DNA of 53,846 nucleotides from sequence record PP180005. One strand, 5' to 3'. Every line of letters begins with the position of its first letter. Position 1 is the stretch's first letter. This DNA comes from Escherichia phage mEp554. The notes beneath the pieces were generated by a model. The model had not been told where the DNA came from. It worked only from the letters and a program-made list of their open reading frames with translations, and did no database searches. Below are positions 8,602 through 16,121 of this stretch, in pieces. The position numbers were made by a program, and so were the translations under genes.

Positions 8602-8847
8602 CTAAAACATTAACTGATAAACACAGAAGAAACCTGGCAGCTGGCTGATTAGGCCGCTTCTTTTCAGTTGATGCAGTGCAGAGATAGTATCGCGTAACGA
8701 AATTTCGCACATTTCCGCGATCTCTTCCGGCGTTACTTCGCTTTTGCCGTTGCATCCGGCCTTTGTTGCCAGTGCAATTAAGATGAGTTTTTGCACATGA
8801 TCATTGTTATTCAGGCGAATATCAAAAGCCTTGCGAACGTAATACAT
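8602..8847 (-). CDS. Small wHTH protein in the Cro position (81 aa)
   Basis: Start at ATG 8847 (SD GGAGA). First gene divergent from the CI-like repressor. Sequence parallels the N-terminus of the initiator (VQKLILIALATKAGCNGKSEVTPEEIAEMCEISLRDTISALHQLKRSGLI). Confidence 0.6.
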   Translation of the reverse strand: MYYVRKAFDIRLNNNDHVQKLILIALATKAGCNGKSEVTPEEIAEMCEISLRDTISALHQLKRSGLISQLPGFFCVYQLMF

Positions 8848-8955
8848 GTTTCTTTCTCCTATGGTTAGAGTGAACGCGCTGGCGGGTATCAAATTAGCAT
8901 TAGATAGCAGTGACTGACCGCTGAACAGATCCCGCCGTTGCGTGATATTTGTTTT

Positions 8956-8988
8956 TCGCTTCGCAGCGACACCGGATTTTTAAAGAGC
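8956..8988 (-). promoter_or_regulatory. nut-like site in the leftward leader (boxA-like plus hairpin)
   Basis: Minus-strand GCTCTTTAAAAATCCGGT (8971-8988) matches 16/18 of the rightward nut site. It is followed by hairpin TCGCT-GCGA-AGCGA (8956-8969). Confidence 0.45.
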
Positions 8989-9029
8989 TTTTAAGGTATG
9001 TGCCTTTTGTGCTTTCCCTTATCTTTTTC

Positions 9030-9045
9030 CTTGCATCATTGCAAG
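9030..9045. promoter_or_regulatory. Perfect inverted repeat CTTGCA-TCAT-TGCAAG (candidate operator)
   Basis: Lies in the CI/Cro intergenic region. The half-site CTTGCATCA recurs at 9119-9127. Confidence 0.4.
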
Positions 9046-9061
9046 TTCGGCTTTACCTTGT

Positions 9062-9094
9062 CTGTAAGTTTACAGAATGGCGTTAACAGATCAA
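9062..9094 (-). promoter_or_regulatory. Candidate leftward early promoter (-35 TTGATC 9089-9094, 16-nt spacer, -10 TAAACT 9067-9072) overlapped by palindrome CTGTAAGTTTACAG (9062-9075)
   Basis: Hexamers read directly on the minus strand. The 14-bp perfect palindrome covers the -10, as expected for an operator. Confidence 0.45.
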
Positions 9095-9153
9095 GGATTG
9101 AAAATTACATTTTGTGACTTGCATCAAATTTTTTTAGGTTATAGGGTAGCGAC

Positions 9154-9801
9154 ATGAAAACAAAATGGTATGACTTAGCAAAACAACTCATGCGGGCGCA
9201 GGGTATGAGTCAGGATTCATTGGCAGATCTCATGGGGATCACAAAAGGCGGCTTGTCACACTGGCTTAACGGTCGCCGCGAGCCAAATCTTGAAGACATT
9301 GCGCGGATCATGCGGGCGCTTGGGCGTCGGCAGTTCACTGTCACACATGATGGAATGGTCATTGATGATTCTGTTTCTAACACGTTGCCGGGAGCGCCTC
9401 CTCGTGATTTAGGCAGTTACCCGGTTGTTGACTGGAAGGATGTAGCAAACAATATGGAAGACATAAGCAGATCAACATTGCCACACGTTACGACTAGCGT
9501 TATTTGTTCAGATGATAGTTACTGGCTGGTTGCTAAAGGCGAATCAATGAACGCGCCGCAAGGATTGAGTATACCAGCGGGGACGATGATACTTGTCGAT
9601 CCGCACGCGCCAGCTATTGACGGAAAACTGGTTATAGCCCAACTGGAGGAGGGGCAGATACCGACGTTTAAACAGTTGATTATTGATGGAGGCAGAAAAC
9701 TTTTGCGTTCACTGAATCCGTTGTATCCGCCGATCCCTATGAATCCAGAATCTAAAATCATAGGCGTGGTAGTGGATGCGAAGATCGTAAACCTGCCATA
9801 A
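9154..9801 (+). CDS. cI: CI-like repressor, XRE HTH plus S24 (LexA-like) autopeptidase domain
   Basis: 215 aa. HTH MSQDSLADLMGITKGGLSHWLNGRREP. C-terminal S24 signature (VAKGESM...FKQL). Confidence 0.9.
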   Translation: MKTKWYDLAKQLMRAQGMSQDSLADLMGITKGGLSHWLNGRREPNLEDIARIMRALGRRQFTVTHDGMVIDDSVSNTLPGAPPRDLGSYPVVDWKDVANNMEDISRSTLPHVTTSVICSDDSYWLVAKGESMNAPQGLSIPAGTMILVDPHAPAIDGKLVIAQLEEGQIPTFKQLIIDGGRKLLRSLNPLYPPIPMNPESKIIGVVVDAKIVNLP

Positions 9802-9807
9802 AACATT

Positions 9808-9832
9808 AGCCGCCTGGTGGCGGCTTTTCTTT
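9808..9832 (+). terminator. Rho-independent terminator after the repressor gene
   Basis: AGCCGCC-TGGT-GGCGGCT followed by TTTTCTTT. Confidence 0.8.
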
Positions 9833-9912
9833 GCCATAAAAACACCAAAACGTAAACAGAAAACGTTATTTATTATTTAAATATCAATGACATATAAAAT
9901 ATTTTAAAAAAG

Positions 9913-9954
9913 TATACAAAATGGATTGACTAGGTGTTTTACGGGGCGTATATT
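9913..9954 (+). promoter_or_regulatory. Rightward early promoter (-35 TTGACT 9926-9931, 17 nt, -10 TATATT 9949-9954) abutted by the 12-mer TATACAAAATGG (9913-9924)
   Basis: Near-consensus sigma70 hexamers. AT-rich UP-like region upstream. Confidence 0.7.
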
Positions 9955-9995
9955 GCGAGTCAAAGGAGGAAGCAAGGCAGGGAAAGAAGGTTACT

Positions 9996-10033
9996 TGCTC
10001 TTTAACAATCTGGTCAGCCGCTGGAAGTGCGGC
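9996..10033 (+). promoter_or_regulatory. nut site: boxA TGCTCTTTAACAA (9996-10008) plus boxB-like hairpin GCCGC-TGGAAGT-GCGGC (10017-10033)
   Basis: boxA is identical to the E. coli rrn boxA consensus as I recall it. It lies in the leader between the promoter and the N-like gene. Confidence 0.7.
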
Positions 10034-10088
10034 AATTAACGAAGATGATTTTTATTAAGTATCATCAAGGATATAAGGAGATCAGATC

Positions 10089-10379
10089 ATGACAGTTACA
10101 ATCATGTATGGCAAATGTGATAGCAAAATAAACGCCAGGGAACGCAGAAGAATAAAAAGAGAAAACGAAAGAAAATCATCACCTGCAATTAATAAAACGG
10201 ACAATGTGGATAAAGCCATTCGCTTTGCAAACGATGAAAGATGCAAACCCAATGGCATTAAAGAACGTCGCAAAGGAGCAGTAAAATGGTATACGGAAAA
10301 TGAAAGCGGCAACTACTACCACGCAACGCAACCACGCCAACTAGGGGAGAAACCACTGGATAAAGTCCGTTACCATTAA
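10089..10379 (+). CDS. N-like antitermination protein candidate (arginine-rich motif)
   Basis: 96 aa. SD AAGGAG. Residues 14-29 (INARERRRIKRENERK) resemble lambdoid N ARMs. First gene after the nut site. Confidence 0.55.
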   Translation: MTVTIMYGKCDSKINARERRRIKRENERKSSPAINKTDNVDKAIRFANDERCKPNGIKERRKGAVKWYTENESGNYYHATQPRQLGEKPLDKVRYH

Positions 10380-10409
10380 TACATATCGTAAACAATCGGA
10401 GGTGACGTT

Positions 10410-10532
10410 ATGGTTATTAAGGCGCTTCAATTCAAACTTGCGGTAGCGGAAATGCTTCACGATGCCGAAATGTGGAGCGCCGCAAATAAAGCCTTGTACA
10501 TAGTGTTAACAGCTAAGGAGATCAAAGAGTGA
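10410..10532 (+). CDS. 40-aa micro-ORF (MVIKALQFKLAVAEMLHDAEMWSAANKALYIVLTAKEIKE)
   Basis: SD GGAGGTG. Its stop overlaps the GTG start of erf (GTGA). Confidence 0.5.
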   Translation: MVIKALQFKLAVAEMLHDAEMWSAANKALYIVLTAKEIKE

Positions 10533-11170
10533 AAACAGAATTACACAAAAAGCTGTGGACGATTCAACAAACGCTGAACGCACCGAAAAATCAGCGCAAT
10601 AATTTCGGTGGGTACAATTACAGGTCGGCGGAGGATATTTTGGAGGCGGTTAAGCCACTTCTTCAAAATATAACGCTGACTGTTAGCGATGAAATCGTCC
10701 TGATCGGCAATCGCTATTATGTGAAAGCCACTGCAACACTAAGCGACGGAGAAGATGAAATTGCGGTAACTGCTTACGCCAGGGAAGAAGAAAGCAAGAA
10801 GGGAATGGACGCAAGCCAGTTAACTGGCGCGACATCAAGTTATGCGCGTAAATACGCGTTGAACGGCTTGTTCTGCATTGATGACGCAAAAGATCCTGAT
10901 ACTGATGCTTACGCGAAACAGACAAATCAACAGCCGCGACAGCAGAAAAACACGCCGAAACAACAACCACAGCAGCAGAAAGCGCCGCCAAATCCTGATG
11001 AAGTATTAGCACGTTTCTGTGATGCGGCAGCGAAAGCGCCGGACGCTAACAAGTTGCGCGAGATATTCGGGAAGTGCTGGAAGATACTTCCTAAAGATTC
11101 AGAGCAGCAACAGAAAGCTAAAGACGTTTATGATATTCGCTTAAAAGAGCTTAACGGGGAGATCGGTTAA
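10529..11170 (+). CDS. erf: ERF-family single-strand annealing protein
   Basis: 213 aa, GTG start. ERF signature (FGGYNYRSAEDILEAVKPLL...GATSSYARKYALNGLF). Confidence 0.85.
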   Translation: MKTELHKKLWTIQQTLNAPKNQRNNFGGYNYRSAEDILEAVKPLLQNITLTVSDEIVLIGNRYYVKATATLSDGEDEIAVTAYAREEESKKGMDASQLTGATSSYARKYALNGLFCIDDAKDPDTDAYAKQTNQQPRQQKNTPKQQPQQQKAPPNPDEVLARFCDAAAKAPDANKLREIFGKCWKILPKDSEQQQKAKDVYDIRLKELNGEIG

Positions 11171-11637
11171 TGAGCTTAAATTCAATCACGCTGGGCGGTA
11201 ATATCGGAAATGATATGGAAGTTCGCTACACGCAAAACGGTAAAGCTATTGGTAGCTTTCCGTTAGCTGTAACGAATGGCTACGGTGATAATAAGCGGAC
11301 AATGTGGATCACTTGCCTGGTATTTGGCGAGCGTGCGGAAAAATTAGCTCCACATATTCGTAAGGGTGGAAAAATAGTGGTAAGCGGTCGCCTGGATGTT
11401 CGGCAATATGACCGGAACGACGGCACGAAGGGGACGGCGGTAGAAGTGGCGGTCAATGAATTTGAGTTCATGGCTGTTAACCAGCAAGGCCAACAGCAAG
11501 GCCAGCAGCAGGGCCAGCGCCAGCCGCCGCAACAGAATCAAGGCGGCGGCAATCAACCTCCGATGGATTTTGACGATGATATCCCATTTAGTTGCGTGGG
11601 GTTACAATATGGAAAACATAGAATCTACGCGTTGTAA
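11170..11637 (+). CDS. ssb: Single-stranded DNA-binding protein with a 15-aa extension beyond the canonical DDDIPF tip
   Basis: OB-fold N-terminus, Gln/Gly-rich linker, PPMDFDDDIPF, then SCVGLQYGKHRIYAL before the stop. Confidence 0.85.
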   Translation: MSLNSITLGGNIGNDMEVRYTQNGKAIGSFPLAVTNGYGDNKRTMWITCLVFGERAEKLAPHIRKGGKIVVSGRLDVRQYDRNDGTKGTAVEVAVNEFEFMAVNQQGQQQGQQQGQRQPPQQNQGGGNQPPMDFDDDIPFSCVGLQYGKHRIYAL

Positions 11638-12139
11638 ACGGTGTATAAAATGTGGGGCGTTATTGCCCCTTTCTTCTTTCTATAAACATAAATTAATGGC
11701 TGACGGTCACTCAAATAAATGTAAGGAGTGTACGAAGCAAGATGTAAAAGATAATCGCAAGAAAAATATAGAACGCTACAGGGAATACGACAGAGAGCGC
11801 AACCAATCAGGGGATAGGAAAGCGTTAAGACGTCGTTATCGTCAAAGCGATGAAGGTAAGGAGGCGCATAAAAGGGCTTGCGACAAGTGGGTTAAAAATA
11901 ACGAGAAGAAGCGCCACGCCGAAATAATGGTAGGTAACGCTATCCGCGATGGCAAATTAATTAAACAACCTTGCGAAGTATGCGGCAGAGAGGACCGCGT
12001 ACACGCGCACCATTGCGATTATGATAAGCCGCTCGATGTTATGTGGCTTTGCCCGATATGCCATCGAGCGTGGCACAACGAACACGGTGAAGGAGCTAAT
12101 GCACACGACGAGGTATTAAATGGTGAGCGAATATCTTAA
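11609..12139 (+). CDS. HNH endonuclease-like zinc-finger protein
   Basis: Start at ATG 11609. CxxC pairs and the HNH core (VHAHHCDYDKPLDVMWLCPICHRAWH). Confidence 0.75.
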   Translation: MENIESTRCKRCIKCGALLPLSSFYKHKLMADGHSNKCKECTKQDVKDNRKKNIERYREYDRERNQSGDRKALRRRYRQSDEGKEAHKRACDKWVKNNEKKRHAEIMVGNAIRDGKLIKQPCEVCGREDRVHAHHCDYDKPLDVMWLCPICHRAWHNEHGEGANAHDEVLNGERIS

Positions 12140-12401
12140 AGCACCGCCACCGCCGCGAACAAAAGAGCAAGTTCTAAAAGAAGCCCGTGATCAAATCGAT
12201 CGCGGGCTTTTTTTATGCGGCACGGCGGCGGATCGAATGGCGAAAAGATTTAGTGACCTGTACGCAAAACAAATATGGTTCGACAACTGGCAGGCAAGTT
12301 TTTACCCACTGCAAAGAAAACCGGATATGCATTGGCCTGAATATGTCGATCCACGTATGCGCAAATATCGCGGGCGTATGGGCCAGGTTATTAACGATTA
12401 A
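12120..12401 (+). CDS. Hypothetical protein (93 aa)
   Basis: ORF track. Packed on the same strand. Confidence 0.55.
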   Translation: MVSEYLKAPPPPRTKEQVLKEARDQIDRGLFLCGTAADRMAKRFSDLYAKQIWFDNWQASFYPLQRKPDMHWPEYVDPRMRKYRGRMGQVIND

Positions 12402-12415
12402 TGAGGTATTAAATC

Positions 12416-12640
12416 ATGATCGAAGAAAAAGAAATTGATAAAGAAACGCCTGATGGTCGTGATGAGCTTATTTATTTTGATGGCGGCATGTATGAGATCG
12501 ATACGTCGGCTGGCTGGCATGATAAATGGCCTCTGCCTACTCGCAAGGAATTGAGCGATCGTAAATCATTCGGCGAAGATGCAGAACGCCTTGCTAATAA
12601 CAAGTGGCTTAACAAGTTTATTGCGGAGGGCGACAAATGA
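12416..12640 (+). CDS. Hypothetical protein (74 aa)
   Basis: SD GAGGT upstream. Confidence 0.6.
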   Translation: MIEEKEIDKETPDGRDELIYFDGGMYEIDTSAGWHDKWPLPTRKELSDRKSFGEDAERLANNKWLNKFIAEGDK

Positions 12641-12750
12641 ATTTTGCAAAAATTGCCGCACTGATTGCGGCCCTGTCTATCGCCGTGGTGTATCTGAGCG
12701 TATCTCTTTGTATCACGGTAGCGATCATTAAACTTATTACTAACATGTGA
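12637..12750 (+). CDS. 37-aa single-TM micro-ORF (MNFAKIAALIAALSIAVVYLSVSLCITVAIIKLITNM)
   Basis: ATGA overlap with the upstream stop. Hydrophobic core. Confidence 0.5.
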   Translation: MNFAKIAALIAALSIAVVYLSVSLCITVAIIKLITNM

Positions 12751-12758
12751 GGCCAATC

Positions 12759-12878
12759 ATGAAAGTCGGTAAGGATATTGTGACAGTCGCGTTTTGCATT
12801 ATTTGTTTCCTGTTTGTGGTTGTGTTTTGTGGCGCATTTGCCGCGCTGGTTAGCCTTATTTTCAGGGGATTGTTGTGA
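12759..12878 (+). CDS. 39-aa single-TM micro-ORF (MKVGKDIVTVAFCIICFLFVVVFCGAFAALVSLIFRGLL)
   Basis: Stop overlaps the next start (TGATG). Hydrophobic core. Confidence 0.45.
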   Translation: MKVGKDIVTVAFCIICFLFVVVFCGAFAALVSLIFRGLL

Positions 12879-13150
12879 TGAAAACATGGGATGCAAAGGC
12901 TGGTGATCTTGTCGTATTGCCTGAATATCGTGATGACCCTGGCCTGGTTGTACTGAATAAGATGTGTAACGATCTCGAACGTCCATTACTGGTTAAATAC
13001 CTGGACGGAACAATCATAGAGCCGCGTTTCTTTGATGATATTGAACTGAAGGCCCGCAATGTTCGCGTTAAGCCGTTCCGGGCTTATGTTGAAGACCACT
13101 GGCGGAAATTGTTCGCCGGACTGAATGGGATGTACGGCGTATGGCTATAA
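12878..13150 (+). CDS. Hypothetical protein (90 aa)
   Basis: ORF track (GTG 12875 / ATG 12878). Confidence 0.55.
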   Translation: MKTWDAKAGDLVVLPEYRDDPGLVVLNKMCNDLERPLLVKYLDGTIIEPRFFDDIELKARNVRVKPFRAYVEDHWRKLFAGLNGMYGVWL

Positions 13151-13332
13151 AGGAAGTAAAGGTCAAAGACCTGAAAGGCGGTGAGCGATTAAAGGCGTGG
13201 TGGGGTCGTGAGTTTACAGCCGCTGCCTTCATGATCATGCATGGCGGGGAAGTCGTTATATACGATGAAGACCTGAAGGAAGTAGGCAGATGGCATCTTG
13301 AGCAATATATCGAGGTGTTAGATGAAAATTAA
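13141..13332 (+). CDS. Hypothetical protein (63 aa)
   Basis: ORF track. Overlaps its neighbours by a few codons. Confidence 0.5.
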   Translation: MAIKEVKVKDLKGGERLKAWWGREFTAAAFMIMHGGEVVIYDEDLKEVGRWHLEQYIEVLDEN

Positions 13333-13654
13333 ATTCCATAAAGGTTATGATTCGGTCACTAACAAGTTATCGCTATTTATTGAGTTCGAGCGCCGGATCG
13401 TGGTTGTTCCTTATGCGCGTCGCTTTAATGATGCGGCAGGGCGGCGGCAATTCGCATTAGATATGATGTTGCGTGGCTGCGGCCTTATGCGCCCGCTATC
13501 TGATTTAAACCGGATGATGCCTGGATCGTTCGGTCAGATTGATGAAATTGAAATAAGCCAGGACGAGCTAAAACGGGCGCGTGATTTGTTCCTTTCAAGT
13601 GAAGGGAACCCGTTTAATCCAGAGACTGAAATGAAATGGCATCATCCACTATAA
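13322..13654 (+). CDS. Hypothetical protein (110 aa)
   Basis: SD GAGGTG upstream. Confidence 0.6.
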   Translation: MKIKFHKGYDSVTNKLSLFIEFERRIVVVPYARRFNDAAGRRQFALDMMLRGCGLMRPLSDLNRMMPGSFGQIDEIEISQDELKRARDLFLSSEGNPFNPETEMKWHHPL

Positions 13655-13667
13655 AAGGATAAATATC

Positions 13668-14288
13668 ATGAAAGACATCAAAACGGCTTATTCACTAGGC
13701 AGCGATGGCATGTTAATCACTCGCTACACTGAAGATGCAAGTTTTCATGAAGTGGAAACGAAGGACTATCACGAAGTGCTAAAGGATATGGAAGCTGGAG
13801 CGTATGACGCAGATTTGAACCTGGCGTTACAGGTTGCTGATATTGTGATGGAAGCGTCGATGCGCGACTATGTGTCTTTGGATAATGAAGAAAAAACGGC
13901 TGTAGCTCGTTATGTCTTCTGCCTCACTTTTGTGAAACGCATGGAAGAAGAATATGGTCGCGTGCCAGTGCCGGAAGAGCTTGATCCGCTGGCGTTCGGC
14001 AGTGCTGTTATCTTCCCGTTAGACGAAAACCATATGGGTAGCGCTGCACTGTATTCTGTGCGCGGCGTAATGAAGAAAATATTTGAGGCCAAAGCGCTAC
14101 ATAAGTGCATTGATGAAGGGCACAACGAAGAAGACGTAAGAGCGATCATGCCGCTGTTTTATGGCGAAATGGTTGGTATTAACATGCGTGCAAATGATTT
14201 AGGCGTGCAGGCGGCTATATCTATGCTTAATGAAGCACGAAAAATGTCACAGCCAATGCCTGAACCTGAAAAGCGCGTACTTCATTAA
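13668..14288 (+). CDS. Hypothetical protein (206 aa)
   Basis: SD AAGGA upstream. No family recognised. Confidence 0.6.
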   Translation: MKDIKTAYSLGSDGMLITRYTEDASFHEVETKDYHEVLKDMEAGAYDADLNLALQVADIVMEASMRDYVSLDNEEKTAVARYVFCLTFVKRMEEEYGRVPVPEELDPLAFGSAVIFPLDENHMGSAALYSVRGVMKKIFEAKALHKCIDEGHNEEDVRAIMPLFYGEMVGINMRANDLGVQAAISMLNEARKMSQPMPEPEKRVLH

Positions 14289-14291
14289 TAT

Positions 14292-14352
14292 TGTGATTGC
14301 GATCACATAGCTATACATTTTGTACTGTGATCGCGAATCCGTTTTGTAAACT
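14292..14352 (+). promoter_or_regulatory. Composite regulatory region: CRP-type palindrome TGTGATTGCGATCACA (14292-14307), 12-mer variants (14315-14326, 14339-14350), -10 TAAACT (14347-14352)
   Basis: All 10 core positions of TGTGA-N6-TCACA are present. The palindrome centre lies about 60 bp upstream of the predicted start. Confidence 0.55.
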
Positions 14353-14387
14353 GAAAGCAAAAGGTTTACGGTACGGAGGGAAATAAG

Positions 14388-14606
14388 ATGGCCCGCGAAT
14401 TAATGCTTTATTGTGTTGAGGGTGGAGTAGGTCACGATGCCTACGTCGCTGGGAAAGGCTATCCAGCCGATGAAGTGCTTTCTAATATGCACTTCCGGGA
14501 AAATGAAAGCCGGGTGTCTGTGTGGAAACGGTGCGTTGATGGTATTGAGGTTGTAAGCATCGAACGGTATTTAGGCACGTTTGATTACGGTGTTATTGAG
14601 GCTTAA
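14388..14606 (+). CDS. Hypothetical protein (72 aa)
   Basis: SD GGAGGG upstream. Confidence 0.6.
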   Translation: MARELMLYCVEGGVGHDAYVAGKGYPADEVLSNMHFRENESRVSVWKRCVDGIEVVSIERYLGTFDYGVIEA

Positions 14607-14608
14607 TT

Positions 14609-14701
14609 ATGGACGACACATTGTTTTATATGTGCTGTTGCTGGGGTTTTATTGCCTTATGCCTGTTTATCAGGTGGTTTATTGAATACCATATGAGGTG
14701 A
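14609..14701 (+). CDS. 30-aa Cys-rich hydrophobic micro-ORF (MDDTLFYMCCCWGFIALCLFIRWFIEYHMR)
   Basis: Fills the gap between two ORFs on the same strand. No strong SD. Confidence 0.35.
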   Translation: MDDTLFYMCCCWGFIALCLFIRWFIEYHMR

Positions 14702-14704
14702 TAT

Positions 14705-14899
14705 ATGAAAAAGGTTGGCGGTTATACGTTGCCTGATAACGCTAAATTGGCGGGAATTGGTTTTAGCGGCTGTTATTACTACAACAATGTAGGCGATATT
14801 TATTGCGTGCGTTTTGTCGATGGTGTACAGCATTTTCGCAGACTACCAGACATTGAATTGAGTAAACTTATCCGTGAGGTGTCATTACATGCGGTTTAA
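14705..14899 (+). CDS. Hypothetical protein (64 aa), paralogue-like with the next gene
   Basis: SD GAGGTG. Shares the G.FSG.Y.Y motif with the ORF at 14889-15092. Confidence 0.55.
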   Translation: MKKVGGYTLPDNAKLAGIGFSGCYYYNNVGDIYCVRFVDGVQHFRRLPDIELSKLIREVSLHAV

Positions 14900-15092
14900 A
14901 CATTACAGAGAATGGAAGATTCCAGAATCAGCAACAAAGGCAGCGCCCGGAATATTTTCGGGCGTTTATTTTTATATGGAAGGTAAATGGTATTTCGGCA
15001 GCAGGCCGGATCACTATTATCAAGAAGTATGCAAATCTCACACATGGGACATTAAGGAGCGCGTGCAAGGCGGTGTAATAGACGAGGTTTAA
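14889..15092 (+). CDS. Hypothetical protein (67 aa)
   Basis: ATG 14889 with SD GAGGTG. Confidence 0.55.
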   Translation: MRFKHYREWKIPESATKAAPGIFSGVYFYMEGKWYFGSRPDHYYQEVCKSHTWDIKERVQGGVIDEV

Positions 15093-15093
15093 A

Positions 15094-15330
15094 ATGATTA
15101 ATGGTTTTTTAAGCTGGTTAAGAGTGTGGTTTTTTGCCACGCTTTTCGTTTTTTTGGCGTTCAGCGGTGTCATTGTCATATTTACGCTGGCGATGATGTT
15201 CATTACATGGTCAGTACCTGAATTTAACGACTTTGGAGCTATTATTGCCATCGCCCGCGCTTTATTGGCTGGTAGCGCATTTATTGGTTTTTGCTGGACT
15301 GTAGCGCCTGATTGGGGTGATGAATGGTGA
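15094..15330 (+). CDS. Membrane protein, 2-3 predicted TM segments (78 aa)
   Basis: SD GAGGT. Strongly hydrophobic sequence. Confidence 0.6.
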   Translation: MINGFLSWLRVWFFATLFVFLAFSGVIVIFTLAMMFITWSVPEFNDFGAIIAIARALLAGSAFIGFCWTVAPDWGDEW

Positions 15331-15334
15331 TCCT

Positions 15335-15568
15335 ATGGCTTTGTTCAATATGTCAGAACTGCAATTTAATGCCGTAAAAGCTGCCGCCCGCGCAGCGCTT
15401 TCTGCTTGCAAAGCTGAGGTAGAGAAAAACGGCTACAGCGATAAAGCCACGCGGCTGATATTAGATAAGCATTATCGCAAGGTCGCCCCGCTGATCAGCA
15501 TTGAGCGCTTTGTGTGGTTGGTGGGGTATTTAAACAACCGTTGGGGAACGGAACAGGATTATTTCTAA
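15335..15568 (+). CDS. Hypothetical protein (77 aa; ORF open from 15317)
   Basis: ATG 15335 preceded by GGTGA. Confidence 0.5.
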   Translation: MALFNMSELQFNAVKAAARAALSACKAEVEKNGYSDKATRLILDKHYRKVAPLISIERFVWLVGYLNNRWGTEQDYF

Positions 15569-15581
15569 GGGGGGGGGCGTA

Positions 15582-16121
15582 ATGAAAAATGATTACGGCG
15601 GCAGCCATACGCCGAAAGAAATAAAAGACCTATGGCAAACGCCAAAACCAGTTTTTAGAGGAATGGATCGAGAATTCGAATTCGTCGCTGATGTGGCGGC
15701 AAACAAGGCAAACGCGCTAGTTCCGCGATATATAACCGAAGAAATGGACACGTTGCATTATCCGTGGGGAGCGGTGGCAATGCCTGGTGAATATGTCTGG
15801 ATGAATCCGCCATACTCAAACCCTGGTCCATTCGTTGATAAAGCGGCGCTCGAACATCAACTGAATCACATTGGTTGCGTAATGCTGTTGCCCGCTGACA
15901 TTTCTGTTAGCTGGTTCATGAACGGCGCGGAGACGGCAAACGAATGCAGATTAATAACGCGCGGGCGGCTGGCGTTTATCAATGCTGCGACTGGTAAGCC
16001 AGTGAGCGGAAACAATAAAGGGAGCTTGTTTTTGATCTGGCATCCACGATGCAGACATGAATGTATTTTTACACACATAACACGTAAAGAGCTATACGCA
16101 AGAGGTGCAGATAATGACTAG
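15582..16121 (+). CDS. dam: Phage N6-adenine DNA methyltransferase (Dam-like)
   Basis: 179 aa. WQTP...D.AA...N and catalytic NPPY (WMNPPYSNP). Poly-G SD. Confidence 0.85.
   Translation: MKNDYGGSHTPKEIKDLWQTPKPVFRGMDREFEFVADVAANKANALVPRYITEEMDTLHYPWGAVAMPGEYVWMNPPYSNPGPFVDKAALEHQLNHIGCVMLLPADISVSWFMNGAETANECRLITRGRLAFINAATGKPVSGNNKGSLFLIWHPRCRHECIFTHITRKELYARGADND

Noticed and set aside
9062-9075. CTGT...ACAG palindrome as a host LexA SOS box
   Set aside because: The SOS box is CTG-N10-CAG (16 bp). This dyad is CTG-N8-CAG (14 bp), so it is more likely a phage operator.
10082-10312. 76-aa minus-strand ORF
   Set aside because: Antisense to the N-like gene, which has a consensus SD and the expected position after the nut site.
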